The notes below the pieces were generated by a model, which saw only the letters and a program-made list of their open reading frames with translations, searched no databases and had not been told where the DNA came from. Positions 34,477 to 44,173 of a DNA stretch of 64,000 bases are shown here, one piece after another. Source of the stretch: an uncultured Candidatus Saccharibacteria bacterium. GTDB lineage: Bacteria > Patescibacteriota > Minisyncoccia > Phycocordibacterales > UBA9973. Position 1 is the first letter of the stretch. The number at the start of each line of letters is the position of its first letter. The translations under genes and the position numbers were made by a program. Location: positions 1,004-65,003 of the forward strand of contig CAYNLU010000002.1 of NCBI GenBank assembly GCA_964398205.1, given 5' to 3'.

Positions 34477-36735
34477 TTATAATTTTTTACTTTTAATTCT
34501 TAATGAATTTCCAACGACAGAAACGGAAGACATAGCCATAGCTAAACCTGCAAAAATAGGATTAAGTAGCCATCCAGTAATTGGATAAAAAACTCCAGCA
34601 GCCAAAGGTATACCTATAACATTAAATATAAAAGCCCAAAAAAGATTTTGCCTAATACCAAGCATCGTTATTTTTGATAACTTTATTGCTTTTGCAATTT
34701 TAATAATATCTCCCCCCAATAAAGTAATAGAAGCTGACTCGATAGCCACATCTGTTCCTGTTCCCATAGCAATACCTACGTCTGCTTTCGCTAAAGCCGG
34801 GGCATCATTAATACCGTCTCCCACCATAACAACCACTTTATTTTCTTTTTGTAATTCTTGAATCTTACCAGCTTTTTCTTTCGGCAACACCCCAGAAATA
34901 ACTTCATCTATACCTAATTGCTTAGCTATATATTTTGCTGTTAGACTGTTGTCTCCTGTAAGCATAACAGTTTTAATATTTAATTTATGCAATATTTTAA
35001 CCAATTCCACTGACTCAGTTTTTAAAGTATCACTCAATGCAATTAAGCCTGCTTGTTTTTTGTTTACTTCAACGATTATTACTGTTTTCCCTTGTTCTTG
35101 CAATTTAACTATCTGAGTATTTTTTAAATCTAAGTCAGTTGGTTTATGAATATAAATTGAAAGATTATTTATTTCACCTATAACCCCGACTCCTTCTTGA
35201 GCTATAAATTTTTCTACTTTGTACAAATCAAGATTTTGTTCAACAGCTTTTTTTACAACTGCATAAGCGAGTGGATGCTCTGATAGGTTTTCTACACTTG
35301 CAGCAATTTTTAAAATTTCTTGATCAGAAAAACTATTGTCTAAATTAATCAAATCAGTAACTTCTGGTTTACCTTTTGTTAAGGTTCCAGTTTTATCCAT
35401 AACAACAATACTAGCTTTACTTAATTTTTCCAAAGATTCTGCGTCTTTAATCAAGATACCGTTTTCTGCTCCCTTTCCAACTCCTACGATAATAGCCGTT
35501 GGAGTAGCAAGTCCAAGAGCACAAGGACAAGCAATAACTAATATACCCACAAAAGATAAAATTCCAAATGATAGGGCTTGCGAAAAACCTAAAAACATAG
35601 TTCCCACAGTTAACCACAAAATTAAAGTCACAATAGAAATTATTAAAACTAAAGGCACAAATATGTTTGAAATTTTATCAGCCAAACTTTGAATTGGAGC
35701 TCTAGAACCTTCAGCTTGTTCTACCATCTTTATAATTTGTGACAAAAAAGTGTCTTTACCAATTTTATTAGTTTTAAATTTAAAATTACCTTGAATATTC
35801 ATAGTTGCTCCAAAAACGATGTCACCAGTTTTTTTATCTACCGGAATAGGTTCCCCCGTTATCATTGATTCATCGACTGAAGATTGACCTTCTATTATTT
35901 CTCCATCTACTGGAATTTTTTCACCAGGACGAACAACGACAATATCTCCAATTTTCACTTCACTAATAGGTATTTCAACTTCAATTCCATTTTTTAGAAC
36001 TCGAGCAGTTTTTGCCTGTAAATTTAATAATTTTTCAATTGCTTCTCCGGTTCTGATTTTTGATTTCATTTCAAGATATTTACCGAAAATCACAAAACCG
36101 ATAACTACTATGGTTACATCGAAATATGTCACTTCGCTCAGATTAAGCAACAATCTAATATCAGGGAATAACACTACAAAAACACTATAAAAATAAGCGA
36201 CAGAAGTTCCAATACCTATTAAAGTATCCATATTAGCAACGCGGTATTTTATAAATCTTAATACTCCTTTTAGGAAAGATTGTCCTGACCAAAAAAGTAA
36301 AATAGTTCCTAAAATTAAAGAAATAGCATTGTGTAAATTCATGGGAATCGGGAAATTAGGCACAAAGGCAAATAGCTTTGAACCAATTTCCCACATCATC
36401 AAAAAGAATACAAGCAAAGCAACAGGGAGAGCAAAATACATTTTGCTTTTAATTTCTAATAATTCTTTTTGTTTTTCGTTTTTAGATTTATTAACATCAT
36501 TACCAGAAATATCCTCAATTGAATCTTCATCAATAAAACTATAACCTAACTTGTTTATCTCGTCATTCATCTTCGAAACAGATATTTTATCCAAATCAAA
36601 TAATAATTCGGCTTTTTCGGTAGCGTAATTTATTTTTACAGAATCAACACCTTCTAATTTTGAAACTTTTTTAGTAATAATAGCTGAACAACTAGCGCAA
36701 TGCATTCCTTTAACTTTAAGAGTTTTATTTATCAT
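34477..36735 (-). CDS. copA: copper-translocating P1B-type ATPase
   Basis: 752 aa. [14 protein letters not shown] in TM6 ([11 protein letters not shown]), DKTGTLT phosphorylation site, [10 protein letters not shown]. Confidence 0.9.
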   Translation of the reverse strand: MINKTLKVKGMHCASCSAIITKKVSKLEGVDSVKINYATEKAELLFDLDKISVSKMNDEINKLGYSFIDEDSIEDISGNDVNKSKNEKQKELLEIKSKMYFALPVALLVFFLMMWEIGSKLFAFVPNFPIPMNLHNAISLILGTILLFWSGQSFLKGVLRFIKYRVANMDTLIGIGTSVAYFYSVFVVLFPDIRLLLNLSEVTYFDVTIVVIGFVIFGKYLEMKSKIRTGEAIEKLLNLQAKTARVLKNGIEVEIPISEVKIGDIVVVRPGEKIPVDGEIIEGQSSVDESMITGEPIPVDKKTGDIVFGATMNIQGNFKFKTNKIGKDTFLSQIIKMVEQAEGSRAPIQSLADKISNIFVPLVLIISIVTLILWLTVGTMFLGFSQALSFGILSFVGILVIACPCALGLATPTAIIVGVGKGAENGILIKDAESLEKLSKASIVVMDKTGTLTKGKPEVTDLINLDNSFSDQEILKIAASVENLSEHPLAYAVVKKAVEQNLDLYKVEKFIAQEGVGVIGEINNLSIYIHKPTDLDLKNTQIVKLQEQGKTVIIVEVNKKQAGLIALSDTLKTESVELVKILHKLNIKTVMLTGDNSLTAKYIAKQLGIDEVISGVLPKEKAGKIQELQKENKVVVMVGDGINDAPALAKADVGIAMGTGTDVAIESASITLLGGDIIKIAKAIKLSKITMLGIRQNLFWAFIFNVIGIPLAAGVFYPITGWLLNPIFAGLAMAMSSVSVVGNSLRIKSKKL

Positions 36736-36741
36736 AAAAAA

Positions 36742-37305
36742 TTAAATATTATACCAATCCTTTCTCCAGTTCTTAAAAATTTCTAAAGTATCTTTAAGAA
36801 AAGTTTCGACCGCATCTGCATTATTCAAAACCTCCAATCTACTTGATTTGGTTTTTATTTCTTTTGTCATAAGTAAACCCATTTCATGATGAGCAATAAG
36901 TGCATTCAAAAAACGCAAATCAAAATTATCATCGTAAACTCCTAAGTTTACAACAACTGGGTCTTTGATATTACGAGTATCTTTATACCAATCTTTTTTC
37001 CAGGTATACAGTTCGTCTATAGCCGAAGGCTCATTGGTTAATATTTTTTCAGCTAAACCTTTTATTTCAGGGCGTTCGGAGTATAAAGCAGCCTCTTGCG
37101 CTAGAAGCATTGCTCCCCTATGATGAGATATCATCGCATTTAGATATCTTAAATCTAAATTTCTATCAGCTCGACCAAAATCCATTTCAGACTTGTCATA
37201 CATACTAACCTTATATTCAGGATTTACAAAAAATCCTAAAAGCAAACCTGAAACAAAAGACACAACTATTAATGCTATCGCTAAAATTGTAGATATTTTT
37301 GACAT
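36742..37305 (-). CDS. DUF305-family protein (periplasmic, copper-resistance associated)
   Basis: 187 aa, signal anchor. Duplicated N(A)(M/L)I(S/A)HH...A motif characteristic of DUF305. Confidence 0.7.
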   Translation of the reverse strand: MSKISTILAIALIVVSFVSGLLLGFFVNPEYKVSMYDKSEMDFGRADRNLDLRYLNAMISHHRGAMLLAQEAALYSERPEIKGLAEKILTNEPSAIDELYTWKKDWYKDTRNIKDPVVVNLGVYDDNFDLRFLNALIAHHEMGLLMTKEIKTKSSRLEVLNNADAVETFLKDTLEIFKNWRKDWYNI

Positions 37306-37310
37306 ATATT

Positions 37311-37574
37311 TTATTTTTTCTTTAATTGATAAACTTTTAAAATTTCATTGGTGGCTTTTTCGGTTTCGCCTTTTTTAATTTGATTCACTAAACAATGACT
37401 TAAATGACTCTGAAGCAATAAATCTTCTACCCCAGAAAGGGCTTGTTTAATTGCCGAAGTTTGAGTAATAATATCAATACAATAAGTATTTTTTTCTATT
37501 AAATTTTGTAAACCTCTAACTTGCCCTTCTATTATTTTTAATCTCTTTTTTATTTTTTGTTTATTTATATCCAT
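37311..37574 (-). CDS. csoR: CsoR/RcnR-family metal-sensing transcriptional repressor
   Basis: 87 aa. RLKIIEGQVRGLQNLIEKNTYCIDIITQ...HLSHC matches the CsoR signature including Cys/His metal ligands. Confidence 0.8.
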   Translation of the reverse strand: MDINKQKIKKRLKIIEGQVRGLQNLIEKNTYCIDIITQTSAIKQALSGVEDLLLQSHLSHCLVNQIKKGETEKATNEILKVYQLKKK

Positions 37575-37634
37575 GTTTATATGGTATACCCACCGGGGGT
37601 ATATGTCAAATAGTATGTGTGCTATAATGGAATT

Positions 37635-38201
37635 ATGTTTGGAAGCATAAAAGGTAAGATTATCTTAATAAAAGAAAAATTTGTAGTTATTGAGACCACT
37701 GAAGGGATTGGTTACAAAGTCTACTTATCCCCTAGCGATATGGCTTTTTTAGAAAATAACAAAAGTGAAATATCTTTCTGGATACATCATCATATTCGCG
37801 AAGACGCTTCTTTGCTTTATGGATTTAAAGAATACGAGGATTTAGAATTTTTTGAAATGCTTATTAACGTTTCTGGAATTGGACCGAAAGGTGCAATGAC
37901 TATATTAGGTATAGCAAACCCGAAAATCATCAAAAAGGCTATCCGTAATAATGATTTAGCATACTTAACTAAAATTTCTGGTATTGGTAAAAAAACAGCC
38001 GAAAAAATGATCTTGGAATTACGAGATAAATTAGGAGACTTAGATAATAACGATTTGGGAGATGATTTAGATGTACTAGAGGCTTTAAAAGCTCTCGGCT
38101 ACAATCAGTACAAAATTCGTGAAGTTTTAAAAGACTTAAAATCTGATTTAGATACTAATACAAAAATAAGAGAAGCCTTAAAAGTTTTAGGGAAAAAATA
38201 A
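37635..38201 (+). CDS. ruvA: Holliday junction helicase subunit RuvA
   Basis: Start moved to MFGSIKGKI (typical RuvA N-terminus). HhH GIGPKGA and ISGIGKKTAEKMILEL. Confidence 0.8.
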   Translation: MFGSIKGKIILIKEKFVVIETTEGIGYKVYLSPSDMAFLENNKSEISFWIHHHIREDASLLYGFKEYEDLEFFEMLINVSGIGPKGAMTILGIANPKIIKKAIRNNDLAYLTKISGIGKKTAEKMILELRDKLGDLDNNDLGDDLDVLEALKALGYNQYKIREVLKDLKSDLDTNTKIREALKVLGKK

Positions 38202-38202
38202 A

Positions 38203-39138
38203 ATGCCTGAATTACCTGAAGTAGAAAATCTTAGAATTGGTTTAGAAAAATATATTCTAAATCAAAAAATTCTAAAAATAGAAGTCAGTAAACCGAAACT
38301 TGTAAGTGGAAACGGAACTAAAAGAACAGCTTCCAAGAAAAAGGTTTTAGAATTTATAGAAGGCTTAACTAATGCTAAATTTTTAAAGGTAGAAAGAGTT
38401 GCAAAAAACCTTATCTTTAGATTGACTAAAGATAAAACTATTTTAGTTCACCTTAAAATGACTGGGCAATTTGTTTACCTGCCTTCGCATAAAGCTACGG
38501 CAAGGCAAGTAAATCAAAAATCTTATCTAGAAGGTAAAATAGATGGGGGTCATCCGATAGAACTTTCTGAAACTACTTTGCCTAATAAGCATACTCATAT
38601 TATTTTTGAATTAGAAAAAGGTACGCTTTATTATAACGATACGCGAATGTTTGGATATGTATTATATTTTGAAAATCAAAAAGAATTTGATAAATTAAAT
38701 CATTTTAAAAAATATGGACTTGAACCTTTAGACAAAAACTTTACCGTAGAGTATTTCGAAAAATCTTTAAAGGCAAAGAAAAGTTCAATCAAAAAAGTCC
38801 TCCTTGATCAAGATATCGTAGTAGGTATCGGTAATATTTATGCTGATGAAAGTTTATTTGAAGCAGGCATCTCCCCTAACCGTAATGCAAATACTTTAAA
38901 AATAAAAGAAGTAGAAAAACTTCATCAAGCTATAATAAGGATAATTAAAAGAGCTATCGAGGTCGGAGGTTCTTCTGTTGCGACTTATAGACTAATAGAC
39001 GAAGCCCGAGGTAATTATGCGCGAGAGCATAAAGTTTACGGTAAAGATGGCGAGGATTGCTATATTTGTAGAAAGCCTTTAAAAAGAATTTTAATTGGGA
39101 GTCGAACTACTATTTTCTGTGAAAAGTGTCAGAAATAA
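38203..39138 (+). CDS. mutM: formamidopyrimidine-DNA glycosylase (Fpg/MutM family)
   Basis: Starts MPELPEVE (catalytic Pro2/Glu3). H2TH and C-terminal zinc finger CYICRKP...CEKCQ. Confidence 0.85.
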   Translation: MPELPEVENLRIGLEKYILNQKILKIEVSKPKLVSGNGTKRTASKKKVLEFIEGLTNAKFLKVERVAKNLIFRLTKDKTILVHLKMTGQFVYLPSHKATARQVNQKSYLEGKIDGGHPIELSETTLPNKHTHIIFELEKGTLYYNDTRMFGYVLYFENQKEFDKLNHFKKYGLEPLDKNFTVEYFEKSLKAKKSSIKKVLLDQDIVVGIGNIYADESLFEAGISPNRNANTLKIKEVEKLHQAIIRIIKRAIEVGGSSVATYRLIDEARGNYAREHKVYGKDGEDCYICRKPLKRILIGSRTTIFCEKCQK

Positions 39139-39174
39139 ATATTCAAAAAACAAAATCTAGTATATAATAAAAAT

Positions 39175-39324
39175 ATGAAAATGTTATTAGGATTTTTTGG
39201 AATAATTGCAATTATGTGGATAGCTTGGTATTTTAGCGGAGGAGTTTATCGTTTTGAACAAGAAAATCCAGGCAAATTTATAAAACCACTAGAATTAGAC
39301 AAGGAAGCAGAAACTTATAATTAA
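39175..39324 (+). CDS. small membrane peptide (49 aa), not in ORF track
   Basis: ATG 39175 to TAA 39324. MKMLLGFFGIIAIMWIAWYFSGG... single TM helix. Confidence 0.3.
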   Translation: MKMLLGFFGIIAIMWIAWYFSGGVYRFEQENPGKFIKPLELDKEAETYN

Positions 39325-39797
39325 AGTTTCAAAACTCCGTACAAGAAAATCCCCAAAGATACCGATACGTTTAGGGATTCCTTTTTCCCACGCATCGGTA
39401 TTTCCCCTATTTGATCGCATTTTGCTAAAGTCTTTTTATCAATACCTAAAACTTCGTTTCCCACAAGGAAAGCGTTTTTCTCTCCAAGTTTAATTTTACG
39501 ATAATGTACTGAATTTTTATCTTGCTCAAGCGCTATGATTTGATAACCGTCTTTCTTAAGTTTATTTAAAAGCATACTAAAGCTTTTTTTTATTTCCCAA
39601 GGCACAGATTCTTCAGCTCCGAGCGCTGACTTTGCGATATCATTACGTTTTTTACCGAACCTATCTAATGGCGCCGGGGTATATCCGGTAATATATATCT
39701 TATCTATACCTACCGCATCGGAAGTTCTAAAAATAGCTCCGACGTTCTCGGTACTACGTATATTATTCAGTATTAAAATATTTGTTTGTTTTTTCAT
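39321..39797 (-). CDS. SpoU/TrmH-family RNA 2'-O-methyltransferase
   Basis: 158 aa. SPOUT motifs incl. GNEVLGI and C-terminal knot region. Confidence 0.7.
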   Translation of the reverse strand: MKKQTNILILNNIRSTENVGAIFRTSDAVGIDKIYITGYTPAPLDRFGKKRNDIAKSALGAEESVPWEIKKSFSMLLNKLKKDGYQIIALEQDKNSVHYRKIKLGEKNAFLVGNEVLGIDKKTLAKCDQIGEIPMRGKKESLNVSVSLGIFLYGVLKL

Positions 39798-39798
39798 A

Positions 39799-40995
39799 TT
39801 ATTTTAAAAAATTTTTATTGCGCATTTGTTTATGATAAGTTATAGCGAAACGATGAGCTTCCGAATTCACTAATAGGATTTCTCGTTCGTATTTCCGAGC
39901 GAAGGTTTTATCACCTAGTATATCTTTCGGTTTATGACGCTCATCTTTTAAAACTGAAACTATCAGTATATCGAGATTAAATTGCTTAAGAATTTTATTA
40001 GTTATATTTAATTGAGCCTTACCTCCGTCTACAACGATCAGATTAGGGATAGGCCACTCGGAATGATTAAATCTTCTCTCTAAAATTTCAGCTAAAGCTC
40101 CAGTATCGTCTGCCTCAAATTTAGTTTTAATTTTAAATTTCTTATATTCTCGTTTAGCTACTTCCCCATTTAAAAGCACAGTCATAACTCCTACCATATT
40201 TTTACCGCTCATATGAGCTATATCATAAGCTTCTATCCTAAAATCAGATTGATTACCTGAATTATTTAAATCTTCTTTAATAAGAGCGATATCGTTAATA
40301 TGCTCTAAGGCAAAAATCTTTCTTTTGACTTCACCGGCTTTTTCAAAAGCTTTTTCTTTCGCATATTGATTCATCTCTTTTTTAAAAAGAGAAATTATTT
40401 TCTTTTTCTTACCTTCAAAGAAAAGAATTATATTTTTAATATTCTTTTTATTCTCTTCGTTAGTTTCAGGATTGAGAGCAAGTTGCTTATAAAATTCTTC
40501 TTTACCTTTTGTGCCTTTGCGGTCTTCTATATACGGGAAAAATTTACGAATAATTTTCAAAGCTTCCCGTAAAGAATTCCCCGAAGTAAAAGGGCCGAAA
40601 ACTTTTTTAAACTTTTTTATTTCTTGTGAGTACAATAATTCTTTACCCCTTATAGTTCCTAATTTATAGTCTTGAGTTATATAAACATAGTTGAAACTCT
40701 TATCGGATTTCTCTTTGGTATTATATTTCGGTTGATATTTCTTTATTAAATTTGCCTCAAGAATTAAAGCCTCAAGAACGCTAGGAGTAATCTCAAATTT
40801 TAAATCATCAGCTTTAAAAACCATATCTAAGATAAGTGGCCCGCGAGTATTTATCAAATCAGGAGAAAAATAACTTTTAACTCTATCTTTTAAATTAGTT
40901 GCTTTACCGATATATATAATCTCCCCCTTCTCCATAAAGAAATAAACTCCGGGTTTTTCAGGTAGGTTATATTTTTTAATATCTTGACTTTTCAT
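39799..40995 (-). CDS. uvrC: excinuclease ABC subunit C, short form (GIY-YIG + UVR + RNase H-like domain, no HhH)
   Basis: 398 aa. GIY-YIG GVYFFMEKGEIIYIGKATNLKDRVKSY, UVR-like KEKAFEKAGEVKRKIFALEHI, C-terminal RIEAYDIAHMSG...VDGGKAQL...EAHRFAI. Confidence 0.7.
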   Translation of the reverse strand: MKSQDIKKYNLPEKPGVYFFMEKGEIIYIGKATNLKDRVKSYFSPDLINTRGPLILDMVFKADDLKFEITPSVLEALILEANLIKKYQPKYNTKEKSDKSFNYVYITQDYKLGTIRGKELLYSQEIKKFKKVFGPFTSGNSLREALKIIRKFFPYIEDRKGTKGKEEFYKQLALNPETNEENKKNIKNIILFFEGKKKKIISLFKKEMNQYAKEKAFEKAGEVKRKIFALEHINDIALIKEDLNNSGNQSDFRIEAYDIAHMSGKNMVGVMTVLLNGEVAKREYKKFKIKTKFEADDTGALAEILERRFNHSEWPIPNLIVVDGGKAQLNITNKILKQFNLDILIVSVLKDERHKPKDILGDKTFARKYEREILLVNSEAHRFAITYHKQMRNKNFLK

Positions 40996-41057
40996 AGAAA
41001 TATTCTAATATAAATACTGACAAAAGTACATTTTTAACATTTCAAACAAATACCACA

Positions 41058-41177
41058 ATGGAAGCACTAAATGCATTATTGGTTTTTTTAGTTACCGGTT
41101 TAGCAATGCTTGGGATCGTCAAAATTTGCGAATTTTTTAAAAATTATTCTTCTAACTTTAAAAAAAGTGAGAGATGA
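41058..41177 (+). CDS. small hydrophobic peptide (39 aa), not in ORF track
   Basis: ATG 41058 to TGA 41177. MEALNALLVFLVTGLAMLGIVKICEFF... Confidence 0.25.
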   Translation: MEALNALLVFLVTGLAMLGIVKICEFFKNYSSNFKKSER

Positions 41178-41395
41178 ATGGATTGTGGCTAATATTTATA
41201 GGCTTGTGTATGGTTGTTTTTTTAATAAAAGCTTTTGAGGATGAACTTGAAGAGATTTTAAGTAAAATAGCAACTTTTTTTGGGACTTATCATAGGTTCC
41301 TATCGTTTGGCTTAATAGCCATATTTGAAACAATGAAACCACGTACAGATACGTGGTACCAGAAAAAAGTTAAAGAGTTTGAAGCCCTTAAATAG
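41174..41395 (+). CDS. small membrane protein (73 aa)
   Basis: ORF with N-terminal TM helix. Overlaps the preceding small ORF. Confidence 0.3.
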   Translation: MNGLWLIFIGLCMVVFLIKAFEDELEEILSKIATFFGTYHRFLSFGLIAIFETMKPRTDTWYQKKVKEFEALK

Positions 41396-41402
41396 GGCTT
41401 TT

Positions 41403-44141
41403 TTATTTTCTCAAAATCTTCTTGAGGTAAAATCCAGTATGGGAATTCTTGTTATTCGCTACTTCTTCTGGAGTTCCTTTTGCTATTAATTTACCTCCTC
41501 CGATTCCTCCTTCAGGACCGAAGTCTAGTAAATAATCCGAATTCTTAATAATATCTAGATTGTGCTCTATCAATACTACTGTATTACCTTTACTTACTAA
41601 TTTATTTAAAACTTCTAGAAGTTTATGAACGTCATCGTAGTGAAGCCCTACGGTCGGCTCGTCGAGTAGGTAGATAGTTTTCTCTAAATGCGGACGATAA
41701 AGTTCACTTGAAATTTTAACTCTTTGAGCTTCTCCTCCAGAAAGCGTAGTCGCACTTTGACCTAATTCTAAATATCCGAGCCCTACGTCCATCAGGGTTT
41801 GCAATCTATCATAAATAGCCGGAATATCTTTAAAGAATTTTAATCCTTCTTCAACTGTCATCCGTAAAACTTCATAAATATTTTTCTTCTTGTATTTTAC
41901 AGTCAAAGTTTCTTTATCAAATCTCTTACCTCCACAAACGTCACAAGTAACGTAAACCGTCGGCAAGAAATGCATCTCAACCGCAATCTCACCGTTCCCT
42001 TCACAAGCTTCGCAACGCCCACCTTTGACGTTAAAAGAAAACCGATTAGACTTCCAACCTCGAAGCCGAGCTTCTTCAGTTTCCGCAAATAAATCTCGAA
42101 TATGAGTAAAAGTTCCTGTATAAGTCGCGATATTAGAACGAGGAGTTCGTCCGATTGGAGACTGATCTATTAGAATCACTCGAGATAGATACTCGGTACC
42201 CGAGAAAGAACTACAATTAAAAACTTGCGCGGTGCGATATTTCCTCTCTAGACGAGCTTGAAGATTTTTAAATAAAACTTCATACATAAAAGAAGATTTA
42301 CCAGAACCTGAAACCCCAGTAATAGTAGTCATAACTCCGAGAGGAATTTCAGCATTCAAATTATCAATATTAAAAATCTTTGCTCCAACTACTTTTAGAG
42401 AACCCTTACCTTCGCGTCTTTTTTCTGGAATTTCGATTTTAATTTCTTCTCTTAAATATCCTAATGTGCGAGAATTACTAGTATTCTTTTTAGCAGTTAA
42501 TAAATCTTCTAAATATCCTGACGCTACTACTTCCCCTCCGTGCACTCCTGCTTTCGGGCCTATATCTACTATATAATCCGAAGCATAAATAGTATCTTCG
42601 TCATGCTCAACTACTAAAATAGTATTTCCTAAATCTCTTAAATCAAGTAAAGTTTTAATAAGTCTATCGTTATCGCGTTGATGAAGTCCAATAGTCGGCT
42701 CGTCTAATACGTATAAAGCTCCTACGAGTTTCGAGCCAAGTTGAGAAGCGAGACGTATTCTTTGGGCTTCTCCTCCTGAGAGAGTATTTGCTTTTCTAGA
42801 AAGCTCTAGATAATCAAGTCCTACGTCTAGCATAAATTTAAGTCTATCTTCTATCTCACGAACTACAGGCAAAGATATCTCGCGTTCTTTCGGAGAAAGT
42901 TTTAAGTTTTTGAAAAATTCATAAGCGTCTTTAATAGACATAGAAGTTAAATCTAAAATATTTATTCTATCTTTATTTTCTTTGCCCTTATCTCCGCCCA
43001 GACCTCGGGACTGATTTTTTTTACTACTCACCCCGAGGTCTGGGCGGGAGTCTTTAATTAAAAATACGTTAAGAGCTTCTACTCTTAAACGTGCACCCTT
43101 ACAATCATCGCAAGGTTCGTCCCCTCCAAAATATTTACTACCGAGACCGTTACAAGTAGGACAAGCTCCATAAGGAGAATTAAAAGAAAAAAGTCTAGGT
43201 TCTACTTCTGGGAAAGAAAAACCGTCATTCTTACAAGCAAATTTATTTGAGAAAAGGAATTCAAAACCCCCTAAATCCCCCTTATCAGGGGGATTATTCT
43301 TCCCCTGATAAGGGGAAGTTAGATGGGGTTCTTGCCCAATATCAATCAGTACTAACCCATCCGCCTCGAGCAAAGCTCGCTCGACTGCTTCCGCTAGTCT
43401 AGCTCGCGCCTCATCTTTATTGTCAAAAAATTCGTGCACTAAAAATTGATCTACTAAAATATCAATATTATGAGCTTTATTTTTAGAAAGAGTTATTTGC
43501 TCGCGGAGACTTTTCATAACTCCGTCTAAGCGAATATTAGAAAATCCTTTAGAAAGTAAATCATAAAGCATTTGATAATATTCCCCTTTTCTACCTCTAA
43601 CTACTGGCGCGTAAATATTTATAGGAGTATCATCCCAAGAAACTCCCAAAACACTTTTCTTGGATTTTTGATTTTTATTTAAAGTATTTATTTTTTCTAA
43701 AATAAAATTAATGATTTCTTCGTTAGAAAGTTTTTTGATTTCTTCTTTACAGATTGGACAATGCGGTACCCCTATCCGCGCATACATAACGCGAAGATAA
43801 TCATATATTTCCGTAATAGTTGCTACAGTCGAACGAGGATTATTGCTTCGTGATTTTTGATCAATAGAGATAGCTGGAGATAAGCCTGTGATTTCGTCGA
43901 TATCAGGCTTCGGCATTTGATTTAGAAATTGTCTAGCATAAGAAGAAAGACTCTCTACGTAGCGTCTTTGCCCTTCAGCAAAAATAGTATCGAAAGCCAA
44001 AGAAGACTTACCCGAACCCGAAACTCCGGTAATCACAGTCATTTTATTCCTAGGCATAGAAACGGAGATATTTTTCAGATTATGAGTCCGAGCTCCTTTT
44101 ACTATTATCTCGTCTATTTTTTTATCTTCCTTTTTCGCCAT
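41403..44141 (-). CDS. uvrA: excinuclease ABC subunit A
   Basis: 912 aa. Two ABC modules ([28 protein letters not shown]), signature LSGGEAQR x2, Zn modules [14 protein letters not shown] and CEACEG...CDVC. Insertion domain appears absent. Contains two in-frame palindromic insertions. Confidence 0.9.
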   Translation of the reverse strand: MAKKEDKKIDEIIVKGARTHNLKNISVSMPRNKMTVITGVSGSGKSSLAFDTIFAEGQRRYVESLSSYARQFLNQMPKPDIDEITGLSPAISIDQKSRSNNPRSTVATITEIYDYLRVMYARIGVPHCPICKEEIKKLSNEEIINFILEKINTLNKNQKSKKSVLGVSWDDTPINIYAPVVRGRKGEYYQMLYDLLSKGFSNIRLDGVMKSLREQITLSKNKAHNIDILVDQFLVHEFFDNKDEARARLAEAVERALLEADGLVLIDIGQEPHLTSPYQGKNNPPDKGDLGGFEFLFSNKFACKNDGFSFPEVEPRLFSFNSPYGACPTCNGLGSKYFGGDEPCDDCKGARLRVEALNVFLIKDSRPDLGVSSKKNQSRGLGGDKGKENKDRINILDLTSMSIKDAYEFFKNLKLSPKEREISLPVVREIEDRLKFMLDVGLDYLELSRKANTLSGGEAQRIRLASQLGSKLVGALYVLDEPTIGLHQRDNDRLIKTLLDLRDLGNTILVVEHDEDTIYASDYIVDIGPKAGVHGGEVVASGYLEDLLTAKKNTSNSRTLGYLREEIKIEIPEKRREGKGSLKVVGAKIFNIDNLNAEIPLGVMTTITGVSGSGKSSFMYEVLFKNLQARLERKYRTAQVFNCSSFSGTEYLSRVILIDQSPIGRTPRSNIATYTGTFTHIRDLFAETEEARLRGWKSNRFSFNVKGGRCEACEGNGEIAVEMHFLPTVYVTCDVCGGKRFDKETLTVKYKKKNIYEVLRMTVEEGLKFFKDIPAIYDRLQTLMDVGLGYLELGQSATTLSGGEAQRVKISSELYRPHLEKTIYLLDEPTVGLHYDDVHKLLEVLNKLVSKGNTVVLIEHNLDIIKNSDYLLDFGPEGGIGGGKLIAKGTPEEVANNKNSHTGFYLKKILRK
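42992..43050. repeat. near-perfect 18/19-bp inverted repeat (23-nt loop) inside uvrA, translated in-frame
   Basis: ctccgcccagacctcggg...cccgaggtctgggcgggag. Encodes [23 protein letters not shown], extra relative to E. coli UvrA at this position. Confidence 0.8.
43261..43330. repeat. palindromic doublet of the CCCCTGATAAGGGGA(T)TTAGGGGTT repeat family inside uvrA, in-frame
   Basis: aaaaccccctaaatcccccttatcaggggg + cccctgataaggggaagttagatggggtt. Encodes [25 protein letters not shown]. Confidence 0.8.
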
Positions 44142-44173
44142 AAAACTTGATTATAACATAAAAGAGCTTTATT

